A stretch of 63,999 nt of DNA, filler included, from Globobulimina sp. (lineage: Eukaryota), in assembly GCA_003354225.1 (NCBI GenBank). It is 12 parts of 12 records of this genome, joined end to end, with 100 filler letters (N's around TTAATTAATTAA, not from the genome) between each part and the next. Parts side by side here need not be neighbours in the genome. Positions count along the whole stretch, not along the records: positions 21,462 to 26,714 come from PIVH01000655.1; positions 26,815 to 32,066 come from PIVH01000656.1; positions 32,167 to 37,412 come from PIVH01000657.1; 9 more parts are not named here. One strand, 5' to 3'. Under the pieces are notes generated by a model, which had not been told where the DNA came from, ran no database searches, and saw only the letters and a list, made by a program, of their open reading frames with translations. Position numbers and translations under genes: made by a program. Shown piece after piece: positions 22,135-34,042 of this stretch (its first letter is position 1; the number at the start of each line of letters is the position of its first letter).

Positions 22135-23911
22135 CTAATCATTATCCGATGTATCATAATTTTCATAATGTTCGCGGGGATTATATGAGACCGAACCATT
22201 CAATAAATCCATCATTAACATATCTTCATATTCTGGGGTCTCATTACAAGACTCATTTAACATTTCATTACCATATCGTAAGAATTCCTTATCCATCAAA
22301 CCAAAACCCGATGATAATGATATATATTCGTGTTCTATTTCGATGCCTGATATTTTATCCATTATTTGCTGTAAATCGCATTCTGATTCGACCAATTTGT
22401 CCATATCAGCAATACCAGGAACATATGATGTCGATCCATTCAATAATTCAGTACTATTTTGTGGTGTAAAAGATACATTTTTGAAATCTTCTTCATTCCC
22501 AACGGATTGTAACCTATTTTGCTGCATTTTTATCGCTTCATTCTCTGTTGCTTCATCCATTAATGCTGTATAAAAATTAACATATTCACCATTTATCCAT
22601 ATCATATCAGCACTGTCTGCATTTAATTCATTTAAGTCATTAAACCATTCATCATTTAATACCGCAGTGATATTCAATCGATTCGATGGCGTTTTTATTA
22701 ACATTTTATGCAATAAGTCACATAAAAGCGGTGATATTTTATTCTCTGAATATAATCTATATATTTCGTGTAAATATGCCATGCCATCATCGCAGACATA
22801 TAACTTATAATAATACTCATTGAATATGGATGTCATTGTAGTCATATCGCTATTCTTTGCTGCGAAATTATATTCATCCCTTGCATATCGATCCACTTCC
22901 ATACATCCTAAATGTCCGCCATTTATACAATAAATTATCAGCAATCCCAAGCAAAAAATGTCTATTTTATTGTCAATAATATTCAGATTCGGACCGCCAT
23001 GATATAACAATTCCGGTGCTGTGAAGCCTAAAGTTCCTAAAAAAAATATTTATTGTTTATAATTGCAAACCACACAACAAATGAATAAAGCAGAAAAGCA
23101 GAGGATGTATACCACAAAATGTAGATGTTATTTGTGTATTTTTTCGCGCATATTTAACACGATCGAAATCGATGATATTCCACGTATTATTACCAAATAA
23201 AATGTTGTCCGGCTTCACATCGCAATGTATATAATTGTGATTATGTAAAATACGAATTTTCTCACACAATACCTTCAATAAACGGCGTGTCTGTGGCTCT
23301 GATAAAGCAATTTTATTTGCATGTAATTTATACATAATTTGAGATAAATCGGCATTCAGTTTATCATAAACTTTATAAATAATATTTGTAATATAATCAT
23401 AATATAAGCCGTGTAATTTTATAATTTTAGTGTGTTGCAATAATTGTAGTTCTTGGAAAGAGTCGGATAATTTATCGAATGTATAAATATCGCTCATAAA
23501 CTGCATGTTTATTTTTTTAATTGCTACATGTTTATTATTTGTGCAATTATGCACTGTGCCATCGCCACCTTCGCCAATAATTGCGCCGATTCTGTACTTT
23601 TGATGAAATTCCCGCATCGTCTGAATTTTATACATTTCGGTTAGATTGAAATTATTTGTACTTTTTATTTCTGACATCGATGCATATTTAGAGACTAAAT
23701 TTTGGAGAAATTCAACTAATTTTAATCTTGCCCAAAATATTGAAGTGTTATCATGCGAGGTTGGCTGGAGAACTTGCAATGTGATTGGATCGGTGTTGAT
23801 TATTTCATTTGTAATGTTGTATGATGTTGGACTATGCAATGGATTGAATTCATCTGTGCTGATCTCAATACATGTATTACCGTTCATATGTTGTGAAGTA
23901 TTGTAATGCAT
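22135..23911 (-). CDS. Ser/Thr protein kinase (CAMK-like, divergent), 2 exons
   Basis: IGEGGDGTV, VAIKK, IHCDVKPDN, DFD; intron 23037-23112 restores FCGTLGFTAPE; DIFCLG, and PSNR in subdomain XI. Confidence 0.88.
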
Positions 23912-24043
23912 TCTGTTGTGGTTTTGGTGCAAAAAAGAAAAGAAATGGTTTACAAAACAAAGATTAACAAAAAAAACAACGGGAAAACTTTAGTTAATAT
24001 ATTGAGGTTTTTTGTTTTTCCAAGTGAACGCAATCAACTCCTC

Positions 24044-26714
24044 ATGACCTCATCCAGCAGTTGTAAAGTCTTTATTTTCTTCGAAAGCGATCCACACCAA
24101 ATTAAAAGAGGTGACCCAACCGTAGTAACATTAAAATGCAGCGCCTCGTCTCGTTTATTTCCATATTATTTACGACAGAAACTACATAAATTGAAACGAA
24201 TCCCACCATTCGAACAACAATGGACAAAATTATCAGAAACGCCATTAAAATATAGTTTAAAAGTGCGAGACCGAGAAGCAACCCAATTATTGCCATTATC
24301 CATTCATGGACATCACGGTAATGAGTATAAATTACAAATTGATAAACAAGACCAAGTCATTGACATTAAATTCCTATTATCCCCATTAGTTAATAACGGA
24401 CACAGTGCAGAAAACATCCAATTAAATTATAACACCATTCGTCGTTTACATGATAATGAAGTAATGTACGAAACGGATTGCTTAAACGAGTCAATTGTCA
24501 TAATGTTTTGGTTCGAATTTGAAAATAAATCGCCAAACGAGTCACCAATCTATCAATCCGTGGCTAACTTGCTTGGCATTAATCCATTATATCCCAATAT
24601 GGGAACAACCATTCGAACCATTTGTGATCGCTACAAAAACGATCCGCGTCAAACCTTTGGTACTCGGCAATATATCGACAAGACCGATTTTTCTAAGCGC
24701 GGTGAGTATGAATATATAAATTATAAAATTATCAACGACAGAATCGATACCATATCCTGTGCATTGAAATATGAATTGGGTCTAAATGAAAAGTCAATGG
24801 TTGGTTTATGTTCGATCAATCGCAAAGAGTGGTTATTGTGTGACTATGCGTGCAGTTGTAATTCCATTGTGACTGTTCCGTTATATCCGACTTTGGACGC
24901 GAATGCATTGCAATATATCACAAATCATGCACAATTATCGGTTATTGTTACTGATTCTGGCACGGTGAATGATATTATTGCTTTGTTGCCAGAATGTAAA
25001 TCATTGCAATATATCGTGGTTATGGATGATGACTTACCTGATGTACTCTGGAAAAATAGTAAAGACGGACAAGATATATTACACAAATATGATACGGTTA
25101 TTAAAATGTTAAGTGATTTGGAACAAAGAGCAAAACAAAACATTAGAAATAGAAAATATATGGTTAAGGATAATACTCCTTCGCCGGATTCATTGTATAC
25201 TATAATGTATACATCGGGTATGTAAGTTGCATAATAATTTAGTGCTAAAACGTTACATAATTACTATTTTATTGTTGCTATATAGGAACAACTGGGCCAC
25301 CAAAGGTAAGTGATTTTACGTGGAAGTACCACAATATGGTCAAATGGAAACAGTATTTGTAGACTTGCGAATATGTGCAGTATATTGTTTCAGTTGTACA
25401 TACAACCTTGTTTTAGATGTATTGGATGGCTCCGAAATTTCTTGCCAATTATTTCTTCTGTTTTGTATCCTGTAAACGTTTGTTGTTGACATGCTATAAT
25501 TTGATTTGTAATGATAATAAATATTCTATGCAGGGTGTGATGTTGACACATAATAATTTTATGGCAGTGTTGAATGGGTTTAATGACGTAAGTCCATCAG
25601 ACGACGATCAAGGCGATGACGTAGTTGTTCATCTGTCGTATTTGCCATTAGCGTATGTCTTAATTATCTCATTACTGACTAATCCTTCATTATGTTCTTA
25701 AATACTTAGACATGCAATGGAGAGGATGTTAAATCTATTAATGCTGGTCAAAGGTTATCGAATTGGTTTTTTTAGTGGCTCCATAGAGCGATTAATCGAA
25801 GACATGAATGTGATAAAACCGTCTGCATTCTTCGGTGTCCCGCGAGTCTTCCAAAAGATTCAAGATACGGTTATGAACGGCATAAATTCCAAAAATGCTG
25901 TCATCCGTTGGTTATTTAATTATGCGTATCAGAATAAAATATACGCCATAAACAACCGCTTAATCACACCTGACAAGAAAAAGGCAGGTGGTTTCTTGGA
26001 AAAATATGTGTTTAGCAAGCTATTTTGGGCTAAAATCAATGCGGCATTCGGCGGGAACCTCAAAATGATCGGTTCTGGCTCGGCGCCGCTAAGCAAAGAG
26101 TTGCAGCAGTTTTTACGCGTGACTTTGGTGGATGTGGTGGGCGAAGGGTATGGTTTGACGGAGACCACGGCGGGCGGTACGGGGGCACACCATTTTGATT
26201 TGAAATATGGCCACGTTGGACAGCCACGGATGAATATAGCACTTAAATTGGTGGACGTGCCGGATATGAACTATTTAGTGAGTGATAGGCCGTGCCCACG
26301 CGGCGAGATATGGATGAAAGGACCAACTATTTTTAAGGGGTATTATAAGGATAAGAAGAAAACGGACGAAGTGTTGTTTAGTGACGGCTGGTTTGCTACG
26401 GGTCAGTCAATAGTTATTTGCTCTGTTTTTTGATTTGTTTATGTTTTGTATGCTATGTTCAGGCGATGTGGGGTTATGGAGAGGCGAGGGTCGATTACAA
26501 ATCATTGATAGGAAGAAGAATATATTTAAATTATCGCAAGGCGAATATATTCGGCCGGAATATATTCAGAACGTTTACAAATTGTCCAGGTATATTGCAA
26601 ATATTTTTGTTTATGGCAATTCGTTGCAGAACTATTTGGTTGGAATTGTTGTTCCTGATTTTGAAGCGTTGCAACAAATTGGGTTTACGAGAAAAGACGT
26701 GGAAGCAAATAATA
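24044..26714 (+). CDS. Long-chain acyl-CoA synthetase with N-terminal ubiquitin-like extension, 5 exons, 3' truncated
   Basis: Introns 25218-25285, 25306-25533, 25653-25709 and 26402-26462 restore YTSGTTGPPKG, YLPLAH, EGYGLTET, DGWFATGDVG and IIDRKKNIFKLSQGEYIRPE. Confidence 0.92.
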
Positions 26715-26814
26715 NNNNNNNNNNNNNNNNNNNNNNNNNNNNNNNNNNNNNNNNNNNNTTAATTAATTAANNNNNNNNNNNNNNNNNNNNNNNNNNNNNN
26801 NNNNNNNNNNNNNN
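26715..26814. other. Artificial contig spacer 5
   Basis: N44-TTAATTAATTAA-N44. Confidence 0.99.
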
Positions 26815-29800
26815 TTGGAAAAATGGTCGATCAGCTCAGGCGCCATAAAGTTTTTGGGGTAAATCCAAAAAATGGATTCGGTCGGGCGAACACCTTTTTG
26901 TTTGAAAATATGTGTTAGATAGTCAATGTAAGCGTCCACAAGTTTAGGACGATTTGTTCCGTCATCAGAATTCCGATATATTCCAGGAGGATGAGCAAAT
27001 ACATTAAATGAGATCTTATCTGAATCAAGTTTACCAAAAATTTTTTCGTAGGTTCTCACGTATACAAATCGATCCTGAGTGGCTTTGTTCGGATTGTTAC
27101 GACGGATCAGTAAGTCGTGCTCTGAAATTGGGGCATCAAACACAATTACACGACGAACATCATTTCGGGACGCCAGATACCGAATAACCATGTCAGAGCG
27201 TCTACCATATATGGTTGTGTCATTTTGCTTCCAAAAAACTACCACATCAATACCTGATATGGCTTCTACCTTTTGAACAGAAGATGGGATGCCTAACAGT
27301 CGGTTTTGTTCCTTGATCAATATGGGCAGGTCTTCAATCTTATCTTGATCTTTATTGTTCAGTGCTTTAACCACCACTTTGCGTAATGATTCAGCTGCTG
27401 AAGCATAGCTATATCGCGCTAAAAAATTGGGTCTTACTCGCTTAGCCCATTCATGTTTTACAGCGGCTTTTTCAGCCATGACAGTCAGAAGGTGCGGCAA
27501 CTTATGAAGATCGATAGCCATCGCTACACCATCTTGCACCAACTGCATCAACGGTGGTGTTTTTGTCACCAGCAGTGGAATGCCCATTGCGATTGCATCA
27601 ATGGCCTTGGCAGGTAATTGATAATGAGATATGGTGCTATTCTCATCCTGTGGCAGACAAACCACATCTGCTAAAGCCATAATTTCGGGTATCGCAGAAA
27701 AAGGCTGGTTTGGCAGATAAACAATTCTGCCCGGTGCCAGTTTATCTAACTTGGCCGTAACACTTCGATCTGTTGTTGAGCCAACGATGACAAGTTTAAA
27801 TGACGGATCCTTAATTTTGTTAACCGCCTCCGCCAGAACATTGATTCCTTTATGATGACGTGGCGTTCCAAAAAAGAGGACGACTTTCGTATATAAAGGG
27901 ATACTGTATTTCCTGCGCAAATCCTCACGGTGATAGAGAGTGGGATCAAAAACTGTCTCATCACGAACATGGGGCACGATTGTACCGCCAAACTCTGAGT
28001 GGAGTGCAACATTGGACACTATAATTTCATCCGCATATTTGCGCATATGTTGTGCAAGTCGAGTCCAGAGTTCTCCATAAGGTTCGATCTGATCCGCTGC
28101 TTCGGCATCTTTCATGCCAGTTAGATCACTAAGTGTGATCTCTTTTGCACCATTAAAAAATGAGAGCTCATGATCATCGATATCAAGAATTACTGGACAA
28201 CCATACTTTTGTTTTATCATTGCAGCCAGCTGTATAGATGGTTGCCTTGGCTTACATGCAATTACGATATCTGGTCTTATTCGATCGCTAATATTATCCA
28301 AAGAATCTAAAAAATCAGGAAAATTTTTACCAGGCAGATTGATTACCGGTAACCGGCCATCCCTAACGGGCTCCCAGATATCGGAGCCATATTTTGGAAA
28401 CTGAAAGCCGACCATAAGAACGTTACGTACAACACGATCAAGAACTTCTGCAAGCATGTAGGAGCGACCAAGCGGGTTATGCCCAACATCCCAGGTAATT
28501 ATGAGAGCAGTTATTGGAAGTTTTCTTTGTGTTTTTGCCGGCAGAATACTTGCCAGAGATGGTTTCCCAATCTCAGGCGGTATATTTGATTTTTGTTGAA
28601 TGGTTCTTGTGTATGCCTCACTGAGTACTGCAAGCTCGCTCAATACGGCGGCATGCGTCGTGAACTTTGATGCTGTCAGAAGACCTTCAACCTGCATACG
28701 CTTTAGAGACGAGGGATTATTGATCAACGAGGTTATTCGATCTAAGCATTCTTCTTTCTGATAACTATTGACGACCAACGCGTTTACACCGTCAATCGCA
28801 TATTCATCGGTGCCTCCATGAACCGGTACCATTGCGGCACACCCGCAAGCCATGGCTTCCAAAGCCGTGCGACCGAATGCTTGATAGTCCGACAAATCTA
28901 TGAAGATGTGCGATTGGGCAAGCAGGGCTGCAACTTCCGATCGTTTCAGGATACCGTGATTGTTATATTCAAAATCACGTTGAAGTGCCTTGAACTGCGA
29001 TGAGTTTTCGGAACACCCGAAAAGGTGAAATTCGATTTTGCCACGGTGTGTCTTAGCAAGCTTAGACAATAAACGCATCGTTCGTTCTGCACCACGCCTT
29101 GGGGTTTGTGGGCGAATCATTGCAGTAATGAGGATGAGTTCGTTAGGAGGTTTAGTCGCAGGTTTATAGATAGTGTGATCAATACTCGGTTTAACTTTAC
29201 TTACTAATAGACCGTGTTCCGACCATATCTTGTCTACAATCCATTGAGTCTTCGCGAAAAGGACTGCTTGGGGAATGAGAGAATATGATTCTCTTGCTAT
29301 CTTCCAATTTTCTGTTTCCGCTGGAAAAAAGAATGGTTCATAGTCCTGAATATAATATGCGGGAAGAACACTGGGATTAGAATCAATTATCTTCTTTATG
29401 ATGGATATTGAGCTGAAAATTGTCCCAATAACAACGTCATAATTCATACTTAAATCGAGAATATGACTCTCGCTGTACCCAACAAAAAGTTCACGAACAT
29501 GTGGAATATCATCGTAAAGATCAAAATATTGTTCAAGATTCTCTTTTTTGACAGCTACATTTGCTGTAATCCCTAAGAGCTTCATTTCGGAAGTTTCCTG
29601 TACGACAGAGTGCCCACCACCACCACCACCATCCACTGGTAGTATAAATAGGATACGCATGGCCATGATGTCAATTGGATCGACAGAGATATCGTGCTTC
29701 TTTATTGTTTCCTTAACTGCAACTCGCAAAGAATCAAGGATGGTTGTGTTTCGGGCTTGTTTTACTAAAGCGTTATATTTAGTAGATTTGTACTTATACG

Positions 29801-30839
29801 TAAGAGTTTCCGATCCTATTTGTGATAGTTCTTTGCGTTTTTCGTGTCCAAAACTCTTGGATTTGGCATGAAAAACATATGTATCGTCTGCAATGGTCAA
29901 TTCAAATCCAGCATCGGCAGCACGAATACAGTAATCGTTTTCCTCTCCATATCCGACTGGAAAGTTTTTTTCATCCATAAACCCAATTGCATTAATTACC
30001 TGGCGCTTGATCATAAAGCAGAAACCATTCACAAATGGTAACCGAGGATAACTACGCTTCGACGCTTTTGCGACTACTTGGGCCATATGATCAGGTGACA
30101 TACCAGAAGGGAGTTTGTTGACCGCAAACGAACCCTTATCATCATATAAATATGGCACATTCTGCCAGCTGGCAGCATTCGACATCGGCCCAACTACTCC
30201 GATCTTTGGATCGGAGTTGATGCACCTTACAAGTCCCTTCAACCATCCGCGAGTAACAATAGTATCACTATTAAGAGTTATTATGTAGGGTGCTTCTGTT
30301 GCTTTTAACCCTAAATTAATGCTCTTTGTATATCCCTGATTGGTTGAATTTTCAATCAAATGAAAAATTCCATGGCCTTGGCAATATTCCCGTAACCAAA
30401 CTGAAGTTGGCTCATCTGATCCATCATTAATGATGAATGTTTTGACCTTAAACCCATCTTGCCTGGTTTTGATTGATTCCAAGCATGCCTTGACTTCATC
30501 AAGTGCATTAAACACAGGTATCACAATATCAACACTTTCCGAAAACTGATCAGATGATATTACAACTGGTAATGGGCATCGCAATTCTATAGCACCAAAC
30601 TTTATATAATGAATCAGTGGATTGATCCCGGCCGCTTCAACATCAGGATTAGATTCCAAGTAGTATCGTGTATCGAATTTTCTGCTTGGATTCCTCAGCA
30701 ATTTTACACCCAAACAAAGATAGTGTTCTATGGGATCAATGCCGAGGCTGGCCACATCTTGATATTCGACAATATACCAGGAGCTGTCGAATAATCCTGA
30801 AGTCTTTATTAGGTTAATCTCTTGTTGCAGCTCAGTCAT
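26815..30839 (-). CDS. Bacterial multi-domain glycosyltransferase (GT2 + two GT-B/GT4-like modules + start of a further module), 3' truncated
   Basis: VDIVIPVFN, INDGS, LNSD, GYGEENDYC (GT2); QAFGRTALEAMACG and QLPAKAIDAIAMG (GT-B); more than 1340 intron-free codons. Confidence 0.92.
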
Positions 30840-30844
30840 AATTG

Positions 30845-32066
30845 CTATTGTATCTCCTTGGCATTCTGGATTTCACGTCCCTCTTTTTGCCCGTATTCCA
30901 CATAGTGCAACAAAGGGTTTATATTTGATGCAGCGACATCTGGGTATGCTTCAAGATACGAAATGGTGCTGAATGCAGGATTGGGATCCCATCCTTCGAA
31001 GGCGCCAAAACGCAGATAGTGTTCGACCGGGTCAACCTTACTCTTTCTAATATCCGGATACCTGTCGAGGTACCAAGTCTCGTCAAACAGGCCAGATTTA
31101 CGAAGTCGTTGGATTTTGTGTGCAAATTTACGTTTCTCTTTCCTACGAGATGATTTTTTAGTAGAGTTTGTGAACAATAGCTTCGACCATATTAAGGACT
31201 TTTTTGAAACATCTTTTTCCTCTTTAAATTGTTTTAGTTCTTTCTCAGTAGTTTTCAAAATTTTGGTGAGCTTGGCCAATTCTTCGAACCGTATCTCCAT
31301 GTTGCTCTCCAAGTTGTCTTTTTTTGCTTGAAGGGCTTTTTTTTCTCTTTCTATTTGTTTGCTATCCTTTTTGGCAATTTCTAATTGTCGTGTTTGCTTA
31401 ATAAATTCTTTTGATTTCACTTCAAGGTTTAACGTCTGTGCTTCAAGTTTTGCTTGTAACCCTGATTGTTTTTCTTCGTTTTCGGTACATAGTTTTTTGA
31501 AGGTCGTGACTTCTTTACTGCTTTGCTTCCATTTCTTTTCAGCAGTTTTCATCATCTGGGTTAACTTAGTTATTTCCTTGAATCTTGTTTCCATGCTACA
31601 TATCAGGCGATCTTTGTCTCCTCCTAAAGTGGTGATTTCTTGTTTTAGTTGTTTCGATTCGGTATTTATTTTTTCGATTAACCTGAGATTGGTTTGTTGC
31701 TGAACTTTTAATTCTGTTCTGACCGATGCTAACTGTTCTTTGCACGAACCATTATCCTGCTCCAATAGTACCTTGCATTGTTGAATGTTTTCATTTTCAT
31801 CTGACAACGCCTTTTGATTGATTAGGGAATTTTCCAGCTCTTGTTCTTTCTTGATGAGGCGGTTTTCATAGGTTTGAGCTTCTATCTTATGCGTCTTTAC
31901 TTCTTCTGCCAGTGATATATTTGCTTGCTTTTGTGTTTGTAATTCTGCTCTGATCGACGTTATCTGTTCTTTATAGGAACCATTATTCTGCTCCAATAGT
32001 ACCTTGCATTGTTGAATGTTTTCATTTTCATCTGACAACGCCTTTTGATTGATTAGGGAATTTTCC
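30845..32066 (-). CDS. Bacterial coiled-coil protein with C-terminal FD..WYL..YPD/HY...G repeat, 5' truncated
   Basis: Long heptad region; SGLFDETWYLDRYPDI..DPVEHYLRFG motif also present at the N-terminus of the next gene; 5-bp gap to that gene, with AGGAG at 30854-30858. Confidence 0.85.
31751..32066. repeat. Intragenic 231-bp-period (77 aa) direct repeat
   Basis: About 85 bp near-identical at 31751-31835 and 31982-32066 (ENSLINQKALSDENENIQQCKVLLEQ); the contig ends in the repeat. Confidence 0.9.
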
Positions 32067-32166
32067 NNNNNNNNNNNNNNNNNNNNNNNNNNNNNNNNNN
32101 NNNNNNNNNNTTAATTAATTAANNNNNNNNNNNNNNNNNNNNNNNNNNNNNNNNNNNNNNNNNNNN
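32067..32166. other. Artificial contig spacer 6
   Basis: N44-TTAATTAATTAA-N44. Confidence 0.99.
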
Positions 32167-32619
32167 AACTTCAAAATTCTCAACATCTCCATCATTGGAA
32201 GTTTCCATGATAGAAAAACCATCTCCATCACCATCCCAAATTTTACCTTGCCGCATTCATACAGAAAATTTGCCATATGTAGTACCCTGCCAACCATGAG
32301 TAGATATGTAGTACCCTGCCAATTAATAATTTCATGAAAAAATAAGTTTAATAAACAAAAAAGAGAGATTAGAACAATCAGATGACAGATGTATGCAGCG
32401 TAATATGAAGCAACAATATATAAATTATCAAAGAATAAATATATTATCATATATTATCCCTTTACAGGTCCACCATTTCTTTAATATATTATCTCAAATG
32501 AAAAAGTCCGACGCCGCAGATGTGGCGTCACAATGTTGCGCTTTTAGTCTTACTGCTATGACGATGAGTTTTAATAACCCATCATGCAAATGTATTGATG
32601 GGTTATCAGGCCGGAAATG

Positions 32620-33970
32620 TCAATGACATAATTTTGCAGTATACATTGCAATCAAATGAATTAATTCTGATGCAAAATTATCAACAAATTGCGTGACATA
32701 ATTTTGTATCATTAGCAAATATCTTTGTTTATGTCTGTGTTTAATTACAGATGGTATCACATCCAATAAATCAACACAAATATGAAAATTACATTTTTTT
32801 AGTGGACCAATATCATTATCATGTTCATTCCATAATATTTCCTTTGACAATTTATTTGAATCAATATTATTATCTTCAACCATTGCGCAATTTTTATTAA
32901 TTAACATAAAATGTGCATAATTATCATTGGTTGAAACCATTTGCATTTTTTCAAAACAATTTAATGGAAACAATTTATTTGATTTTACAATATCACCACT
33001 CCATAAATCCAAACACCAAATACTTTTATTCGTCTTATAATAAAATAAAAATATTAAAAAATTAAAAGCATTCAATACACCGAAATTACGAGTTGTTTTT
33101 GGTAATCTTTGTTTGTATAAATTCCATTTATATCCTTTTTTTATATCACAAAACCAAATAGATTTTGCCACTGCTTTTTTAGAATAATAACCTGAATCAA
33201 AAATAAATATGTTAAATATCAAAAATAAATAACAAACAAATATACACCTAACCGCTGTTTGATTTTATTTCAATTTCATTACAATAGAGTTTATCCTTAT
33301 TTTTATTATTATCTTTCATCATAATATTTTGATCACGTTTTATTTGTAATTTTGGAGCTTTTCCACCAAAAACAAATATCCTTTGCATAGCTTTCATATA
33401 AACACATTTTGCAAATTTCAAATATTTTTCAGTATTAATGCCAATGTGTTCAGTGTAACTGCGTTGCAATGAATTATTGTTAATATTAAATATGATATGA
33501 CGTATTGATGAACTGTATAACAAATGTAACTCATTAATTGGTGATGGAATACATATTAATAAATTCAACATATCATCAAAATTTATCACATTATATTGTT
33601 TATAAATAGTTTTTAAATTATATTTCATTGTATTTATATCCAATGAACAAAGTTTTGTATGTATAGAAGAAGCATATCGCGCACCATGTTTACCAACAAT
33701 ATATAATTTATTGTTTGTTTCATCCATTGCAGTTGCAATAAATGAATGTAAATCAGGTACATCACACAATTCACGCCATTTATTATTTGTTATAGAATAT
33801 TGATATACTTTTAATGTATATACTGTGCAACAAGTTACATAAATATATTCTTCATTTGTATGCATACATTCAAGTCCTGCAATTGGTGGTAATGATAATG
33901 CTTTGTATTTAATACCTTTTGTAATCTCAATAAGGTCATTGAGGTGGTCAAGTAGGGTTAGTGCGGACAT
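32620..33970 (-). CDS. Divergent Kelch-like beta-propeller protein (2 exons)
   Basis: LYIVG, IFVFGG, SIWFCD, WNLY..RLP, IWCLDL; intron 33192-33252; similar layout and C-terminal tail (SELIHLIAMY) to 18866-19951. Confidence 0.72.
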
Positions 33971-34042
33971 TGTTGATTTTAGCTTGAACAGTCTCATTAA
34001 ACAATTGCAATGCAAAGACAGTCAGTCAGTCAGTCACAATAA

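Noticed and set aside
20771-26714. G-alpha, histidine kinase and Ser/Thr kinase as a signalling cluster
   Set aside because: G-alpha is on a different contig and the histidine kinase fragment is probably chimeric; the adjacency is artificial.
32510-32610. Possible SECIS element, snRNA or snoRNA
   Set aside because: The ATGA/GA quartet geometry, Sm site and C/D or H/ACA boxes could not be placed consistently; kept only as unexplained hairpins.
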